From NCBI RefSeq assembly GCF_006345805.1, contig NC_042999.1, positions 86,304,001 to 86,368,000 of the forward strand: 64,000 nucleotides of DNA, given 5' to 3'. Position 1 is the stretch's first letter. Each line of letters begins with the position of its first letter. Shown here piece by piece: positions 50,430 to 64,000 of this stretch. A program made the position numbers and the translations under genes. The notes below the pieces were generated by a model, which was not told the origin of the DNA, searched no databases, and was given only the letters and a program-made list of their open reading frames with translations. The DNA comes from Octopus sinensis (Eukaryota).

Positions 50430-52438
50430 TAGATGTTTTGTCTTGGTGTAAAAGATGGGCTACTGCAAATATTCTTATCAATACCACAGATTTGCTTGTC
50501 AGTTGTTTGACCTTAATCAGTTGAGCATGTCCCTAAGTTTCTGACGATACCATTATCAGACATCTTTCAAAATGTTAAGATGTGCTGAAGAAGGTAAAAT
50601 TTTTATATCAAATTAGAAACCGGTCCACATATATACCTGTACCATTAAATATATATAGTTTTATGCTATATTGGTATGTGAGAGATTTTCGATCTGCTAG
50701 TATACTGTTGAATCTGTTGTTTTCAGTGTTAAGTTTTTGGTAGTTCAAATAAGGGTTTTGACTCTTATTTCTTGCGGTTAGACACTTCAATGTGTCCTTA
50801 TGATTAATATAATTTTAATTCTTTAGCTATATAATGCTATTTTTTAGCATTAAAGTTTCGGTTATTATCAACTATTTATATTGCCTCCGATTATAACAGC
50901 AATATTAATTTCTTATAAATATTCACTTCCAAACATTTTACTGCCGATACACACACACACATATATATATATAATTACGAATTAAAAGCAGCTCTAATAA
51001 TGTAAATATTTTCGGTCACACGTACGTGGTGCATGAGTTTTGTTTATACGCTCATTCGCTCCGGAAAGCGTGTTGGTAAAGCTCACTACACAACACCGAG
51101 TGTTAAAAAACACTGAACGTCCCGAACAAGGCGTGAAGGTGTATAGATAGTAAAAACTACCAATGGTACGTGACTTCAACTATTTAAAAAGACAAACAAC
51201 TCAAAGAGCGTCTTAAGTGTGTCCAGGAAGAATGATGCGTTGTATAAGGAATATTGTGCAATGTTTGAAATATTACTGTATATGTGCATTGCAGACATAT
51301 ATTCTTTATTATATGAAAATTGTAATATATTTTATACGGAAACTCATATTAAACACAGCAAATATATGCAGTGAACGTATATTGGATAAACTTTGTATAC
51401 TGTGATGTATGTTTCACTGCCACCCTTTTATATATAGAATATATAACAATAACATTTACATTATATGTCTGGAAGTCATACTTCATTGATTATTGACAAA
51501 ATATACTACTTTTGGGTAATGGACTTTGATGAGAACCAAGTCTAGCAATCTATAATGAAATGTAACAAATCTGTATCAAATATAGGGAATATATGTTATG
51601 TTGATACATATAGTAAATATTAGTTTCAGCTTGTTGAGCGAAATCGCCAGTCCCTTTTCTAATTTTCTAATTTTCACCTGGCTTACCACCTCTGAACTTA
51701 TCTGTTAGACTGGCGACTGCCGAAAGCAATTGTTAAGGGTGACCACTGTCATATGTCACACTTCAGACCACGACTAGTATTTCGGCGCGATCAATTTATA
51801 AGCTGATCAACTTGATTTGTGATAAAACATTGAACATTACACCATATTTCTATAAATGTTGATAGAAATAATTATATGCTTCTCTATTTAAAATAATGTC
51901 AATATTATCATTCTTCAATTCAGTTATTTTTCAAAATAATCAAAATAATTCCTTTAGCTACTGATAGAATACGTTTTGTTGAAATAATATATCCTTTTAT
52001 TGTTTTATTTTTGCCTGTGATTTGGCTGCGGTCGGAGTACCACTATGACGATTTTAGTCGATCAAATTGAGCCCAGCACTTATTTTGATTCCTGTAGTCA
52101 GACATTTAGGCGGAATGTTTAAGTTATGAAGACATAAACAGACACACTGACGCACGCTCACACACACACACCATTATACCTACCTACCTACATACATACA
52201 TATATAGGTAAGATCCAAAGATCAAGGTGTAGGAAGATTGACGTAGAAAGGTGTAAATTTTTCCCGTATCGAGGTTCGATAAGCTGAAAAATTGTTTCGT
52301 AGCTTGTGGTTAGCAGCAAGGGTTGCTGTGTATACGAATATAAATCCGAAATTAGGAAATAGTGTAGATAAAAATCCAGGCTACGTATGTTTCATAGCTA
52401 GGAAAGATGGATAATGTTCAAATATTTTGTGAATTGTA

Positions 52439-52610
52439 AGGCAGCGAACTGGCAGAAACGTTAGCACGCCGGGCGAAATGCTTAGCGGCACTTCGTTTGT
52501 CTTTAAGTTCTGAGTTCAAATTCCGCCGAGGTCGACTTTGCCTACTAGGAGCAATCTAATCGACTGGCCCCCTCCCCCAAAATTTCAGGCCTTGTGCCTA
52601 TAATAGAAAA
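52439..52610 (+). mobile_element. tRNA SINE with unoccupied target site, tail type A
   Basis: CTGGCAGAAACGTTAGCACGCCGGGCGAAATGCTTAGCGG head. Confidence 0.88.
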
Positions 52611-52974
52611 ATATTATAATATCCATTCACCGAATATTTGAAATAGGTGTTAAGATACGTTTACATCCTTTAAATATATGTAACATCTCATGTGAATGCT
52701 TTCCTTATGCCTATAATTATTTGTTCATCCGCTCGAACTTTAGCTTTCTTCTGGTTTACCTATCTGTTTCTAGAGTACTTTGTCCCATTTTAAAAAGCTG
52801 AATTTTAAGAATTTAGTCTGCTCGAGGACTAACATGGTGTCTATCTATTTTCTACTTGCACTAGAATCTTCTCTCTCTCTCTTTCTAAATGCATACATAT
52901 ATAGGTATGTGTGTAAGAGAGAGAAAGAGAGTGAGTGAGAAAGAGAGAGAGATATTCTGCACAGTTTACTTCTA

Positions 52975-53100
52975 CCAAATTCACTCACACGGCATCGGTC
53001 TTGTAAAAAATAAACTTGTTCCAAGACACCGTGCAGTGTGACTGATACTGAAACCACGTAGTTGTGAAATGAGCTCCTTATATCACAGCCTCGCATGCTT
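52975..53100 (-). mobile_element. CORE-type SINE head fragment
   Basis: Reverse complement GTGGTTTCAGTATCAGTCACACTGCACGGTGTCTTGGAACAAG. Confidence 0.5.
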
Positions 53101-53441
53101 CTAAATTGTAAATGTGAACATAAATGAAAGAATTCTTTAAAACTGTCACGAGTCTTTGGATATCCGCAAAAGAAATAAGCCATCTGCACTATCGCTTCTC
53201 TCTCAAAACTATTTACTTCCGACCGAAGTAAATAGTTTTGAGAGAGAAGCGATAGTGCAGATGGAAGGATTAAATAAATTCAAATCAGTCTGTAACAGTA
53301 AAGAACGTACGACGACTTTTCAAGTTCGCAGTGATATATAGAAATAACAATTCAAAACTAATTTTCGTTTCTCTTCCTTGAGTGATTCTCTTTCTAAGAT
53401 ATAAAATACATAACTTGAGATGTTAACATAAAATAATCCAA

Positions 53442-53837
53442 GGCGGCGAGTTGTCAGAAACGCCAGCAACCGGGCGGAATGCTTAGCAGTATTTCGTCTG
53501 TCTTTACGTTTTGAGTTCAAATTCCGCCGAGGTCGACTTTGCCTTTCATCCTTACGGGATCGATAAATTAAGCACCGATTGCGTACTGAGGTCGATCTAA
53601 AATTCCAGGTTGTGCATAGAGTAGAAAAGAATATAAAATAATCCTTTCTGCTATAGGTACAAGGCCCGAAATTTGAAATTTCATCTAGCACCATTATTCA
53701 TCTGGCGGTTATTTTACCGACCACAAAAGGCAAAGTTGACCTCGGTGGAATTTGAACTCAGAACGTAAAGACGGACGAAATTCCATTAAGCATTTTGTCT
53801 GGCGTGCTTACGATTCTATTCTACAAGCTCGTCGCCT
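53442..53837. mobile_element. Tail-to-tail inverted pair of tRNA SINEs (+ 53442-53630; - 53643-53837)
   Basis: Both heads point inward and the tails are ~15 bp apart. Confidence 0.8.
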
Positions 53838-53852
53838 TTTGTTAATATGGAA

Positions 53853-54169
53853 TATAGGTTCTCAAAGTGGGCGCTAACGAGCCCCCGTTGGGCGTTGAGA
53901 CGGTCCAGGTGGGCGCTGTGCCCAAGGGGTGGTGGAGGGCGGTAGAGAAAAAGGAAGCGTTGGGAGGAAGGCATTGGATTGGATTGGGGGACGATATGAA
54001 TTTATTATATTATTAGAGTACTGTATACAAATTATATAATATATTAAATATCAAATGGTTCATAGTATATATAAATTAGTAAAATATACAATATTGCTTT
54101 ATACATAAAAGTAAGAGTGGGGGAGATAAGGGTATTATGTGGCTGGGGGGGGGACGTTGAGAACCTCTA
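53853..54169. mobile_element. hAT-type MITE
   Basis: TIRs TATAGGTTCTCAA / TTGAGAACCTCTA; 8-bp TSD ATATGGAA / ATATTGAA (7 of 8 match). Confidence 0.75.
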
Positions 54170-56913
54170 ATATTGAATAAGGAAACATTTGTGTTTGGCT
54201 ATGATAAATATTAGAGTCGACAGGTTTACATCGAAACAGATGATGCTTGATATGTAACGATTAAAATAAGCTTCCATTACGTTATATACCTTTTATTCTT
54301 TAAACTTTACTTACTTCAGTCATTAGACTGAACCCCCGTCTCCACCATTTTCTTGTAAAGAAAGTGAGGTTTTCAGTTCCAGTCAACATATGGATGATAT
54401 TGAGGAACACGGTTTTTTACCAACGCCAGAAGTATATTTATGGGTTTGCGAAACATTAATTTTAAAATATACCAGTCAAGTGTCTTCCAAATTGAGATCG
54501 GGATCTTGTAATAATTTTCTTACCTTGAAAAATAACTTTTTAAAAAATCGTTAAACAGGAAATATTTTCGGTGATAAATAAATAATTTTATGAATATTTT
54601 CCTTCCTTTCATTTTGATTGAATTTCACAAATAAAAGTATTTTATATAAATACTTTTAATTTTTGACTGTTTATATCCATTAAACGCTAGAAATTAATGG
54701 GTAATAATTTTTCGATTCAAAGCCAACTGCTTGCGTTCTGTTATTATATCAACTTTATCTGAATTTTTATTCGACAGTGTCGATCATTTTAAACATTCTC
54801 TTAAGCACTTAAATGACATTGGAGATTTTGATAACTTGCCGCACTGAAATGACCTTGGAGATTTTGATAACTTGCACGAAGTAGACACAATTTTCAAAAA
54901 CAAATCATAGAATTCAAATACAAATCGTTGAATGCAGTGGATAAAATCAACTATCTCCTATTAAAAAATTGCCATTCATAATATCTATTTGTTATCTCTT
55001 ATGTATAGTTAACAAAAACATAAAAATAGATTTTGAAGCGAATATTGTTCATATTTCTTGTATTCCACCTTCACACTCTCGTCTAACTTGTTTTTCTTTC
55101 ACGTGATTGACTTTATGAATAAGTACGTTTTGCACTTACCCAACAATATATTTTGATTTCTTCCCACCCCTATGTTCTAGAATACCTTCTCAATAAAAGG
55201 GACATTTCTTACCGTTTTTATACATGTCTCGCATTATCAATCCATGAAAAGTTACTAAAAAAGCACAAGAAAATTCAATAAATCACTGATCTCTTGCTTT
55301 ATGTTTCATTATTTTCCTCAAGATATTTAATAAAACGTGATTTTCTTTTCAAATACGTGTAGCACCATTATATAAATTGCGTAGTCATTGTGTATTATAA
55401 GAGACATAAAATATTATTTGCTTAATTACATTTAACTGTTATTTATGGTATTTAAATGAAATGAGATTTTATCCAATGACATTTTCTTCACCAACATTGT
55501 CGATATTTTTTTTTACTTTGATTTCCTGTGTTTTATTTCTATTCAACCGCATTACTGCCCCAACTCATTATGTATCCCTCAGCACAAACTTCTCACCTAC
55601 TGTCATTTTTGTTTAAATTTGATCACGAGTTAAAATCATATTTTTCTTTTTTTGTTATATGATCTCTTTTCTATTAAGTTACTTTTTCTTGCACTTTCAT
55701 GGCAAATTGCGATGACACTTTTATTTCTTATTTACCAACTCTTCCAAAATGCTATATATTTTTTGTTCCATTAGTGACACATTTTTTTATTACCGATGTC
55801 TCGACTGTCATTTGCTTCGTTCGTCGACAATACAATTTTATATCTGGCCTCATCGTTCAAATTCCTTCAATCTCCACATATCATCAATAGGTAACCCAGA
55901 TGTGACCACCTACGAATATCACACACACAAGTAAAGAGTTCATAATTAATCACTAACAGCAAAATATCAAGGAACGCTCGCTAGATTGCATATATTTTTA
56001 AACAACAGAAATATTACTTAATATTTTAAATATTGTATTATAGTACAAATCTTATTTAAAATCCCAATTTACTACACAAAAAAAAAAACAATATCAATTA
56101 TATTGACTATTACATGTTTTTCAGTTTTCGTTCTGCGTTTATCGATAGTCCATAAATTAACATATCAATTAGAAACTCTATGTCGCAAAGAAAAATTGTC
56201 TCACACAACTGAAACAATTTCGTATCACCCATGGAGTTGTATTTGATTTTCAACGTATCACGCCAGAGATGGAATATATGATCGTTAGTAGTATTCAAGT
56301 AAATCCAGACTAGAAAATCCATCGAAATATAAACTTTTCCTTACAAACTGAATAAACAATACGCAGAAAACAACAGAAAATGAAAGTAGAAATATGTAAA
56401 CAATAAAATATAGCATATATATATATAGATATATTTATATATATATATATGAATAATATATGAATATATGCATATACACATACATATATGTACATACCTA
56501 CATATATATGTATATATACATATGCATATATGGGTTCAAGACGTTGAACACAATGAGAAATTAAAACATAAAAACAAAAACAAAGAAACGAGACGTACAA
56601 CATAAAGAATATTCCCCTTCTTCAGCTGTCCCTGTTTCATCTACTCCGCGTTTCGAATGGTCTGTTTACTTCATAAGTGGCTTATTGGATCGGGATAATT
56701 TAAAATGTGTGGATGTCTCCATTCCTTCCAGCCACGTTCTCTCCTCATCTAGTAGGCGATATAAACTGCCCCGACCGTATATAAAGATTGTATTCCCATT
56801 GAATTGTTCATATTTTGATGTCTAATCTGAGGAAGATTTTGCGTAGAGGATAGAATTCCCTTTTATTTATTGTGCAATTTTGAGAAACGTATGCATTAAA
56901 AAAACATTCATTA

Positions 56914-56945
<32 letters not shown>

Positions 56946-56954
56946 CTATATATC

Positions 56955-57265
56955 CTGATCTGGCTCTCTGTCGGTTACAACGAATGTTCCGGTTGATTCG
57001 ATTAACGAAACGCACGGCTTGTGAAATTAATGTGCAAGTGACTCATAACACCACACGCGTGCACGCGCGTGTGTGTATCCGTATTATAGTTCTCAAGGAG
57101 ATTCAGAGTGACACAAAGTTGGCTCTTTGAATCACTGATACATCTCATCTTTCCACATGAGTGAACTGGAGCAACGTGAAATAAAGTGTCTTGCTCAATG
57201 ACACAACGCGCTGCCGGAAGTCGAAATCACGACTTTACGATCGTGAGCTGAATACCCCAACTACT
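56955..57265 (-). mobile_element. CORE-type tRNA SINE (additional family)
   Basis: Minus strand GTCGTGATTTCGACTTCCGGCAGCGCGTTGTGTCATTGAGCAAGACACTTTA. Confidence 0.7.
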
Positions 57266-57280
57266 ATATATAATAAAATA

Positions 57281-57339
<59 letters not shown>

Positions 57340-57427
57340 TATGTATGTATACACACACGCACACATATATATATGAATATTTATACCTAAAGGTACGTTA
57401 TCGTATTATTACCATATGCGTTTGCGC

Positions 57428-57458
<31 letters not shown>

Positions 57459-57674
57459 TGTGTATTCATAAATTAGCAATATAGATAGTAAAGACAAAGC
57501 AAATTATAAAAAATTTGATGGAAGCAGACACAAACATCTTTCTGTGTTTATCCCTATTTTTCTAAAGACTTTTTCTTATATAATAAATCATTTTTAATTT
57601 AAGAGAATTACTTTCTAAAAATCGTGACAGTGTCAAATAATTTTTTTAAAAATGTTTAAAAATATTTATCGATC

Positions 57675-58890
57675 TATCTGCTCCGCCTACTATTCCTGTG
57701 AGGATCGAGGACGTAAACATCCTCAGGACCTCCCCTATAGGAATCGCTTAGAAGCAGCACTCATTAAATTTTTCAAAACGTGACCGGATCTTTACCTATT
57801 GACCGACAGATTTAAAAAATAATTTTTTGTAACTAAATACTTTCAAACTTCGGACACTGGTAGAATGTGTCATATAAAACATCTTTTACTCTTAGCATTT
57901 TTGAGAAAAGCTTACATTTAGGAAGTTATTTAACGTTAAAGTTGTAGTATATCAGTAATTTCAACCAATGACGTGTATTCAGCTAAATAAAATTACTGCC
58001 GTTGTTTGTCAACAACTATCGGCGGTGTATATTTCGTTTGTCACTGTTATTTATGACATCGTTCGTGCGTCCGTACTGGTTTTAACTTTAAGGTTTTAGG
58101 GTTATGGTTAGGGTTTTAGGGTTAGGGTTGTCATAAATAACAGTGACAAACGAAACATACACAGCCGGAAGTTCTTGTTGACAAACAACGGCAGTGGTTT
58201 TATTCAGCTGAATATACTTCATTAATTGGTTGAAATTACCGAAATACTACAACTTTAACGTGAAATCACTTCCTAAATATAAGCTTTTCTCAAAAATGCT
58301 AAGGGTAAAAGCTGTTTTATATGACACATTCTACAAGTGTCCGAAGTTTGAAAGTGTTTAGTTATTTTTTAAATCTGTCGGTCAAAAAGTAAAGATCCAC
58401 GTGACCAACTGAGACTACGGTTATTATCCAACCTTCACGTTTTTGGTCTACTCTGAGGTTTTCTGTCTGCTCACTTGGCTGGAAGAATCCGTCTTTTGAC
58501 CCTAATCCTATGTCCATTGTACAGGAACTGTGACTTTTCGATACGAAGAAGCGGATCGACCTGGAGAAACTCACTGACCTCCGAGCTACACAGAGAACTT
58601 TCGAAGGAACTTCATTTCGGTCACATGCATTCGCGATCGTATTCTATTAGCCATTATCCAAAATTTAGAATCATATCTGAAGATAGGGAAAAACCAAACT
58701 GAAGATAGTGAGTTTTTTTTTTTACCAACCTCTCCTCTTCTAGGGATCGAATGCTGCATCTGGCGCATTACTGTGCCAGCACTGAGATATTTAAACGCCT
58801 CTGCTTTTTTCGGTGATCATTCACTAACTCGCAGACTGCATTTGAAAGACGTTCTTAAGAGGATCAATGTCTAAGTCTTCGCAACGCTAA
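57675..58890 (-). mobile_element. RTE-clade LINE 3' relic, interrupted by a MITE
   Basis: AFKYL, RSRMHVTEMKFLRK, VDPLLRIEKSQ..GH, RKPQSRPKT*RLDN..SLSWSR; continues beyond the MITE. Confidence 0.75.
57786..58398. mobile_element. Fold-back MITE (613 bp) with ~270-bp TIRs, TTAGGG-like core and exact 8-bp TSD
   Basis: Termini GGATCTTTAC / GTAAAGATCC; TSD ACGTGACC at 57778-57785 and 58399-58406. Confidence 0.9.
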
Positions 58891-58923
58891 CTTTCATCTT
58901 TGTATAAGCAGGTACACACACAC

Positions 58924-59008
<85 letters not shown>

Positions 59009-59474
59009 GATATGGATTCAGAGAATCGTGTGGTTCTGCTTTCCAGTTTTAGCCAGATTCCAGGGTTACTGGATTTAAGTGACCCAATCTGTATACAAAC
59101 ATTCATTCATTTATTCATTCGTTGATAATACATACATGTGTGCATATGTACGTATGTATGTGTGTATGTATATGTGTGTGTATGCGAATGTATGCCTATC
59201 TAGCTATCTAGCTATACTTACAGTCGTCATTTGTGCATGATCTTGCAGCATGTTTTACATACTTTAGGTGCCTTTCTAGCTATGAGCAAAGACACTGTAT
59301 CCGCTCTCCAACACTTGACCTTGGGGAACATCGGCGGTGTGACAACTGGAGGGGAGAGCTACTTATTTGTAGTTGATAATATTAGATCAACATGAAATAA
59401 ATGCTTTGCTCAATGACGGCCCAGAGTTTGTACCCGCCTTCAATAATAATGATAATAATAATAATAGTTTCGAA

Positions 59475-59670
59475 TTTTGCCACAAGGGCAGCCATTTTGG
59501 GAGAGGGGATGAGTCGATTACATCGACCCCAGTGTTTCACTTAATGTATCGACCCTGAAAGGATGAGAGGTAAAGTAGACTTCGGCGGAATTTGAACTCA
59601 GAACGCAGCGACGAGCGAAATACCGCTTAGCATTTCATCCAGCGTGCTAACTATTCTGCCAGCTCGCCTC

Positions 59671-59703
<33 letters not shown>

Positions 59704-59893
59704 TTCTGCTATAGGTACCAGGCCTGAAATTTTGGGGAAGAGGGCTAGTCAGATACTTCGACACCAGTGGTACTTATTTCAACGACCCCGAAAGTCGACG
59801 GAATTTGAACTCAGAACGTAGCAGAACGTAAGAAATGCCGTTAATCATTTTGCCCGGCGTGCTAACGAGTCTACGATTCTACCAGCTCACCGC
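59475..59893 (-). mobile_element. Two tandem tRNA SINEs (59475-59670 and 59703-59893), each abutting (AAT)n
   Basis: Reverse complements of the family head and body. Confidence 0.8.
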
Positions 59894-60123
59894 TATAATA
59901 ATAATAATAATAATAATGATGACAATGATTCAGCAAATTTCCTTTCAATCATTCCTATTTGCTGTTTTCTGATATACTACTGGATCTTCTACTGTAACGG
60001 GAGATTCATTATCTTGGAAAAGAATTTGTGCGGGAGTTTGTGTATATTTATTATTCTTTTAAATGTATATGTACATATCTATCAAGCCAGTTTAGATAAG
60101 ATTTTATTGTAAATTAACTGCTG

Positions 60124-60300
60124 AAGTCGTAAACTGGTAGAATCGTTAGCATACTGGACAAGATGCTTTGTGGTATTTCGTCCGTCTTTACATTCTCAGT
60201 TCAAATTCCACCGTGATCGAAAATGCCTTTGTACCAATTGAGCACTGTAATTGACTAGCCCTTCCCCTCAAAATTTCCGGCTTTTGCTAAAATTAGAAAG
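60124..60300 (+). mobile_element. Degenerate tRNA SINE
   Basis: CTGGTAGAATCGTTAGCA..GGTATTTCGTCCGTCTTTACATTCTCAGTTCAAATTCC. Confidence 0.7.
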
Positions 60301-60343
60301 AATTATAAAGTAACAAGTCGAATGAAATAAATATGGTACATAC

Positions 60344-62055
60344 TGTTGGTACATTATATGAAGTGGTCTGAATGTGTTTTTGTTGGTGTAGTCCTATTCA
60401 TTAGAACGATGAAGCTAAGGAAAAGGGGAAAGAAAGAGAAAAATTAAAATAGAGAAAGAGATTTTTAAAAAAAGCAAAAACAAAAACAAAAGTTCTGAAG
60501 AGATGAACGGATTTTCAGTACTTTGAAAACAGAGAGATATAATTATGAAACGAGGTAGAGTAAGCAGATCTTACCCAACTTATCTACCCAAACAAAATCA
60601 GACAATGAAGCAGGGAACAAACATGAGAAACGGTGCAATACCGCTAAAAACACGACAGACCTGGAGAGAGAGACAAAAAAAAAAAAATACCAGAATTGGA
60701 GAGGAAAGAGAGGGTGACAGAGAGGAAACTGAGAGGGGTAGGCTTCTAAAAGCAAGTAATAGCAATACAGTGTTTTCATGGTTATTGACATAAGTGGCGT
60801 ATGTTCTTTTGAAAAAGAATAATGCTATTTATACACTAAAAATTCATAAATATACGAAATAGTGTTGTAACGTTGTCAACGCTGACATGTAGCCACTCGA
60901 TAATTGTAACTAGCTATTTAAATAAGAATGTGTGTGTGTGTTGTGTATAGCCTGTGCCTATGCATGCATGCGTACACGCATGTATGTAGATAGACTCATA
61001 TATTCTTCAAGTTTGATATCAGGATGCTTCATAAGCCAGTTAGCTGATTTTCTAGTTCGTTTTTTTTCTTTCCTAGTTATATATCCTTGCTTTCTATGTC
61101 CAGTTGCTGTCCCATGGTTTCTGGTTGGATTGGATTCCTGACACAGGGACTAATAGCATCCAAGTATGGAAAGTGCGTAATAAATTCGACGTCGATTTTC
61201 GCATCAACTATGTTTTCTATTCAGTACAGTTTCTGAAATATTTCTCCAAACCACAATGCAACTTTTACTAATATCATCGAATATTTGTGTATCATTTTGA
61301 ACAATATCGGTACGTAATTATTAGAGCCAGCGTATACTGAAATCATGAAATGCGGTATAGTGGGTGTGAACTATTTCGGCAGATGAACTTAGTGAGTCGT
61401 TGGCGAATATCACTAGATGCTGAGCGGATGAACAGACAACAAACTGTCGCCGACCTGGATCAACCAGTTCAGTTACTGAACTACTGCTATCGTCTGTAAT
61501 CGTGGCGTGTGCAGACAAGATGTTAATGCTAGCGAAAGACCAATGTGGCTAAAATTCAGGCCAAACATTCAATTCTCATCGCTCAATCGGAACGTCTGGT
61601 GTAGAAGAGTTATATTGATCCGAGTAAATCGTCCAACCTTGATGGATCATTAAATTACTGGACATCTTCTCCTCCACCATGATATCTATTCATACTATGA
61701 TGCATGTAGGTACAAGCACAGATAGTCTGTAGAATCTGTCTTTTCTTTATATTACTCATTAATTCGACATTAACAACATATATAAACTGCCTTTCATTGA
61801 GGTGAAAAGTGATACAGTTGTAATCGAAAGCTTATACATGTATTTATTTTCAGCTGCTTTAAGACTCACAGGAAAATATATATGAAGAGTAGTTCAACTT
61901 CAGCTTAGTCAATAAACACTTACCTTGTGCGCATGCCTTCCTGGATTGTATAATTATTACATATCTCTGAAAATTTCATCGCCATCAAATATTTTATAAA
62001 ATCTATGGAACTGTCTTCAGTTTCTTCATTTTTCCTCCTTATTCTACTTTTCCTT
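60344..62055 (-). other. Candidate spliced exons (61924-62055, 60575-60660, 60344-60414) of an unidentified minus-strand transcript
   Basis: Canonical donors (GTAAGT, GTAAGA, GTATGT) and pyrimidine-rich acceptors (very strong for the latter two exons). Phases join to RKSRIRRK..GMRTR/SVVFLAVLHRF..DKL/ASSF*. Confidence 0.3.
61320..61660 (+). mobile_element. Possible Tc1-like transposase relic
   Basis: MNRQQTVADL resembles the NRRxTVAxL segment of Tc1 HTH domains; heavily degenerate. Confidence 0.35.
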
Positions 62056-63402
62056 CTATAAATAATTTATGCCATTATTCTGAATCAACAGATATTTAAT
62101 AAACAAATTGACATGCCAAACCGAGTTACATTGTGACTAATACTAAAATTACTTGTACTGGCTCAGGTTCAAAGGTTACTGGAAATAGTTCATTAAAAAG
62201 AAATAAACTTAATTTATCCATGATTCAACTTTACATGTAATTTTATAATTTGTGATTTCCCTCATAAAAACAGAAATTAATTTCTTATCTGCTCATTTAA
62301 GTATGTTTTGTTACGCAATCCCAATGTTAACCATTGTCTTTGAATAAATAAATAAATAAAAACACTGAACCTATTAGATAGTGAAACAGGCAAGTATCTG
62401 AAGATACCCATCAAATTAGGAATTCAAAGTTGGGTTCGGTGGAAAACTCTAATTAGATTTTATGCTGTATGAATTCGATGATAACAAAGAAGACTGGCAT
62501 GATAAACATGTCGATATATTATTTTTAGGGCTAGTAATACTTCTATGTTCTGTTATCTGTATATTTATTTCTGTTTAGTGACACTTCCTCTGACCCATGT
62601 TTCATTTTACGTCATCCATTTTAAATATATCTTATCAGATGCTGCACTTGTTTCACTGACCATAAATGATTTCTGTTTACCTATTGTATTACATTTCATA
62701 TCTTGAATTAAGATGAAATCTGATGTAACTCTAGTTAGAATTTCAGAGGGTAGTCATTCTTTTATGAACATTAGGTTTTCTCAGGTGATCATTGGTCGTA
62801 AAATCTTTGGGTGAAGATAAGGCATTTTCATTTGTTTATTTATTAAAGCACTATCTTTCATTTGATCTTCAATGACATTAGACAGTAATTTGACATGATC
62901 ATTTCGCCTGTGTTACTGCTGAAGTTATTTGATATGTATCTAGTTTATATTCTTTCTGCGTGACGATATGTGACGAGCGTTTCAAAACAATGTGTTGGTA
63001 CTGCCTTTATATTCAAACGGAAATAGCCACATGTATCCAATTTCTTCTATAGCTGCAGACTTCACTAACTTTCTACGCAATCTCGTAAACACATTTATAC
63101 ACACAAAAGATGTCCTTGTGTGTTTTGTGAGTAATGCATGAGGAAGCACTTATATTTTATAGTGCTTACTTACTTTAACAAAAGTCCAATATATTACTTT
63201 CTAATTTTAATTGTTCAAGACAAAGAGAAAAAATTGTTAAAAACAAGTAATTTGCTTAAATAAATACATCAAATGTTTAATATACTACATATTTTCAAAA
63301 TACATAGGCATCTCAGTTAATATTTTTATCATTTCTATTAAAGATTTCCTCGCCCCAGTTCATAAGTTTGGATTTGATGATATCTAAGCGGGTGAGTTAC
63401 AT

Positions 63403-63443
<41 letters not shown>

Positions 63444-64000
63444 ATCTCTGTTAGATGTCAACCCATCGTTGGTATAGGAACAGAATTAACAAGTATCCTG
63501 TCAATGTTACAGTATTACTATTCATCCATCAATAGATTCTACCAGTCTGTCTCAGACGTCTATCTAAGTAGACTGTATCGACTCGGTTGACTTCACAACA
63601 AACAATTACAGATAACGGAACACCAGCCTTTCATCCATTTGTCCGGTACACTACAGGGTTTTCTCCGGTGGTATTCAGGAAATGATAAATTATGAAAGGC
63701 AAATTGCTAGCCGTTTTAAAATGAAATTTTGCTTGAATAATTTTGCTAAACACATAAAATAATTTACCATTTTCTTGTCCTGAACATATTTGTTAATCAA
63801 CAATGTGATTATATAGTCTAACTCATTATAGTTTAATAATGATGCTTTTCATTTTCATGTGGAATCCACTTTACAACCAGGTTGCATGATAATATTAATG
63901 ATAATACGACCTGGCTGTATTTAGAAAATATTTCTGTCGAAGTGTGATATTGACTTTACTACTTTGAGTTCGAACCCTTGAATGGAATATAAAAATATGA

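Noticed and set aside
54811-54880. 35-bp tandem duplication (also 14-bp repeats at 41668-41705)
   Set aside because: Simple slippage duplications of only about two units.
56590-56680. CTGAAGA/GAAA motifs on the minus strand
   Set aside because: Stem II and stem III pairing is not satisfiable as arranged.
63322-63369. 48-bp plus-strand exon-like segment ending at GTGAGT
   Set aside because: Isolated and short; such matches are expected by chance in AT-rich DNA.

Overview
Eukaryotic, AT-rich, repeat-dominated genomic DNA. The SINE repertoire and the extreme (TA)n/(CA)n density look like an octopus or other coleoid cephalopod; this is inferred from pattern recognition, not a search. No intact host gene is recognisable, only weak candidate exons. 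Positions 1-4041 hold a head-to-tail array of a ~1.74-kb element (one partial and two full copies). It encodes only a ~470-aa Tx1/L1-type ORF1 (RRM-like segment plus CCHC knuckle) and has no RT or endonuclease. Every copy is followed by the 12-mer AAACGTTAGCAC, and after the last copy the sequence continues as the head of the window's commonest tRNA-derived SINE. The element's 3' tail matches the tail of one subfamily of that SINE, and that subfamily is itself found inserted into other SINE heads at a fixed site with TSDs. Together these suggest a SINE-targeting, sequence-specific retrotransposon system. The rest of the window contains many SINEs, relics of Penelope-like, CR1-like, RTE, R4/Dong-like, L1/Tx1-like, mariner and Tc1 elements, and two MITEs with TSDs. 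It also has a cluster of fold-back inverted repeats carrying type I hammerhead ribozyme motifs, embedded in a (TA)n-rich domain at ~23.5-32.5 kb.
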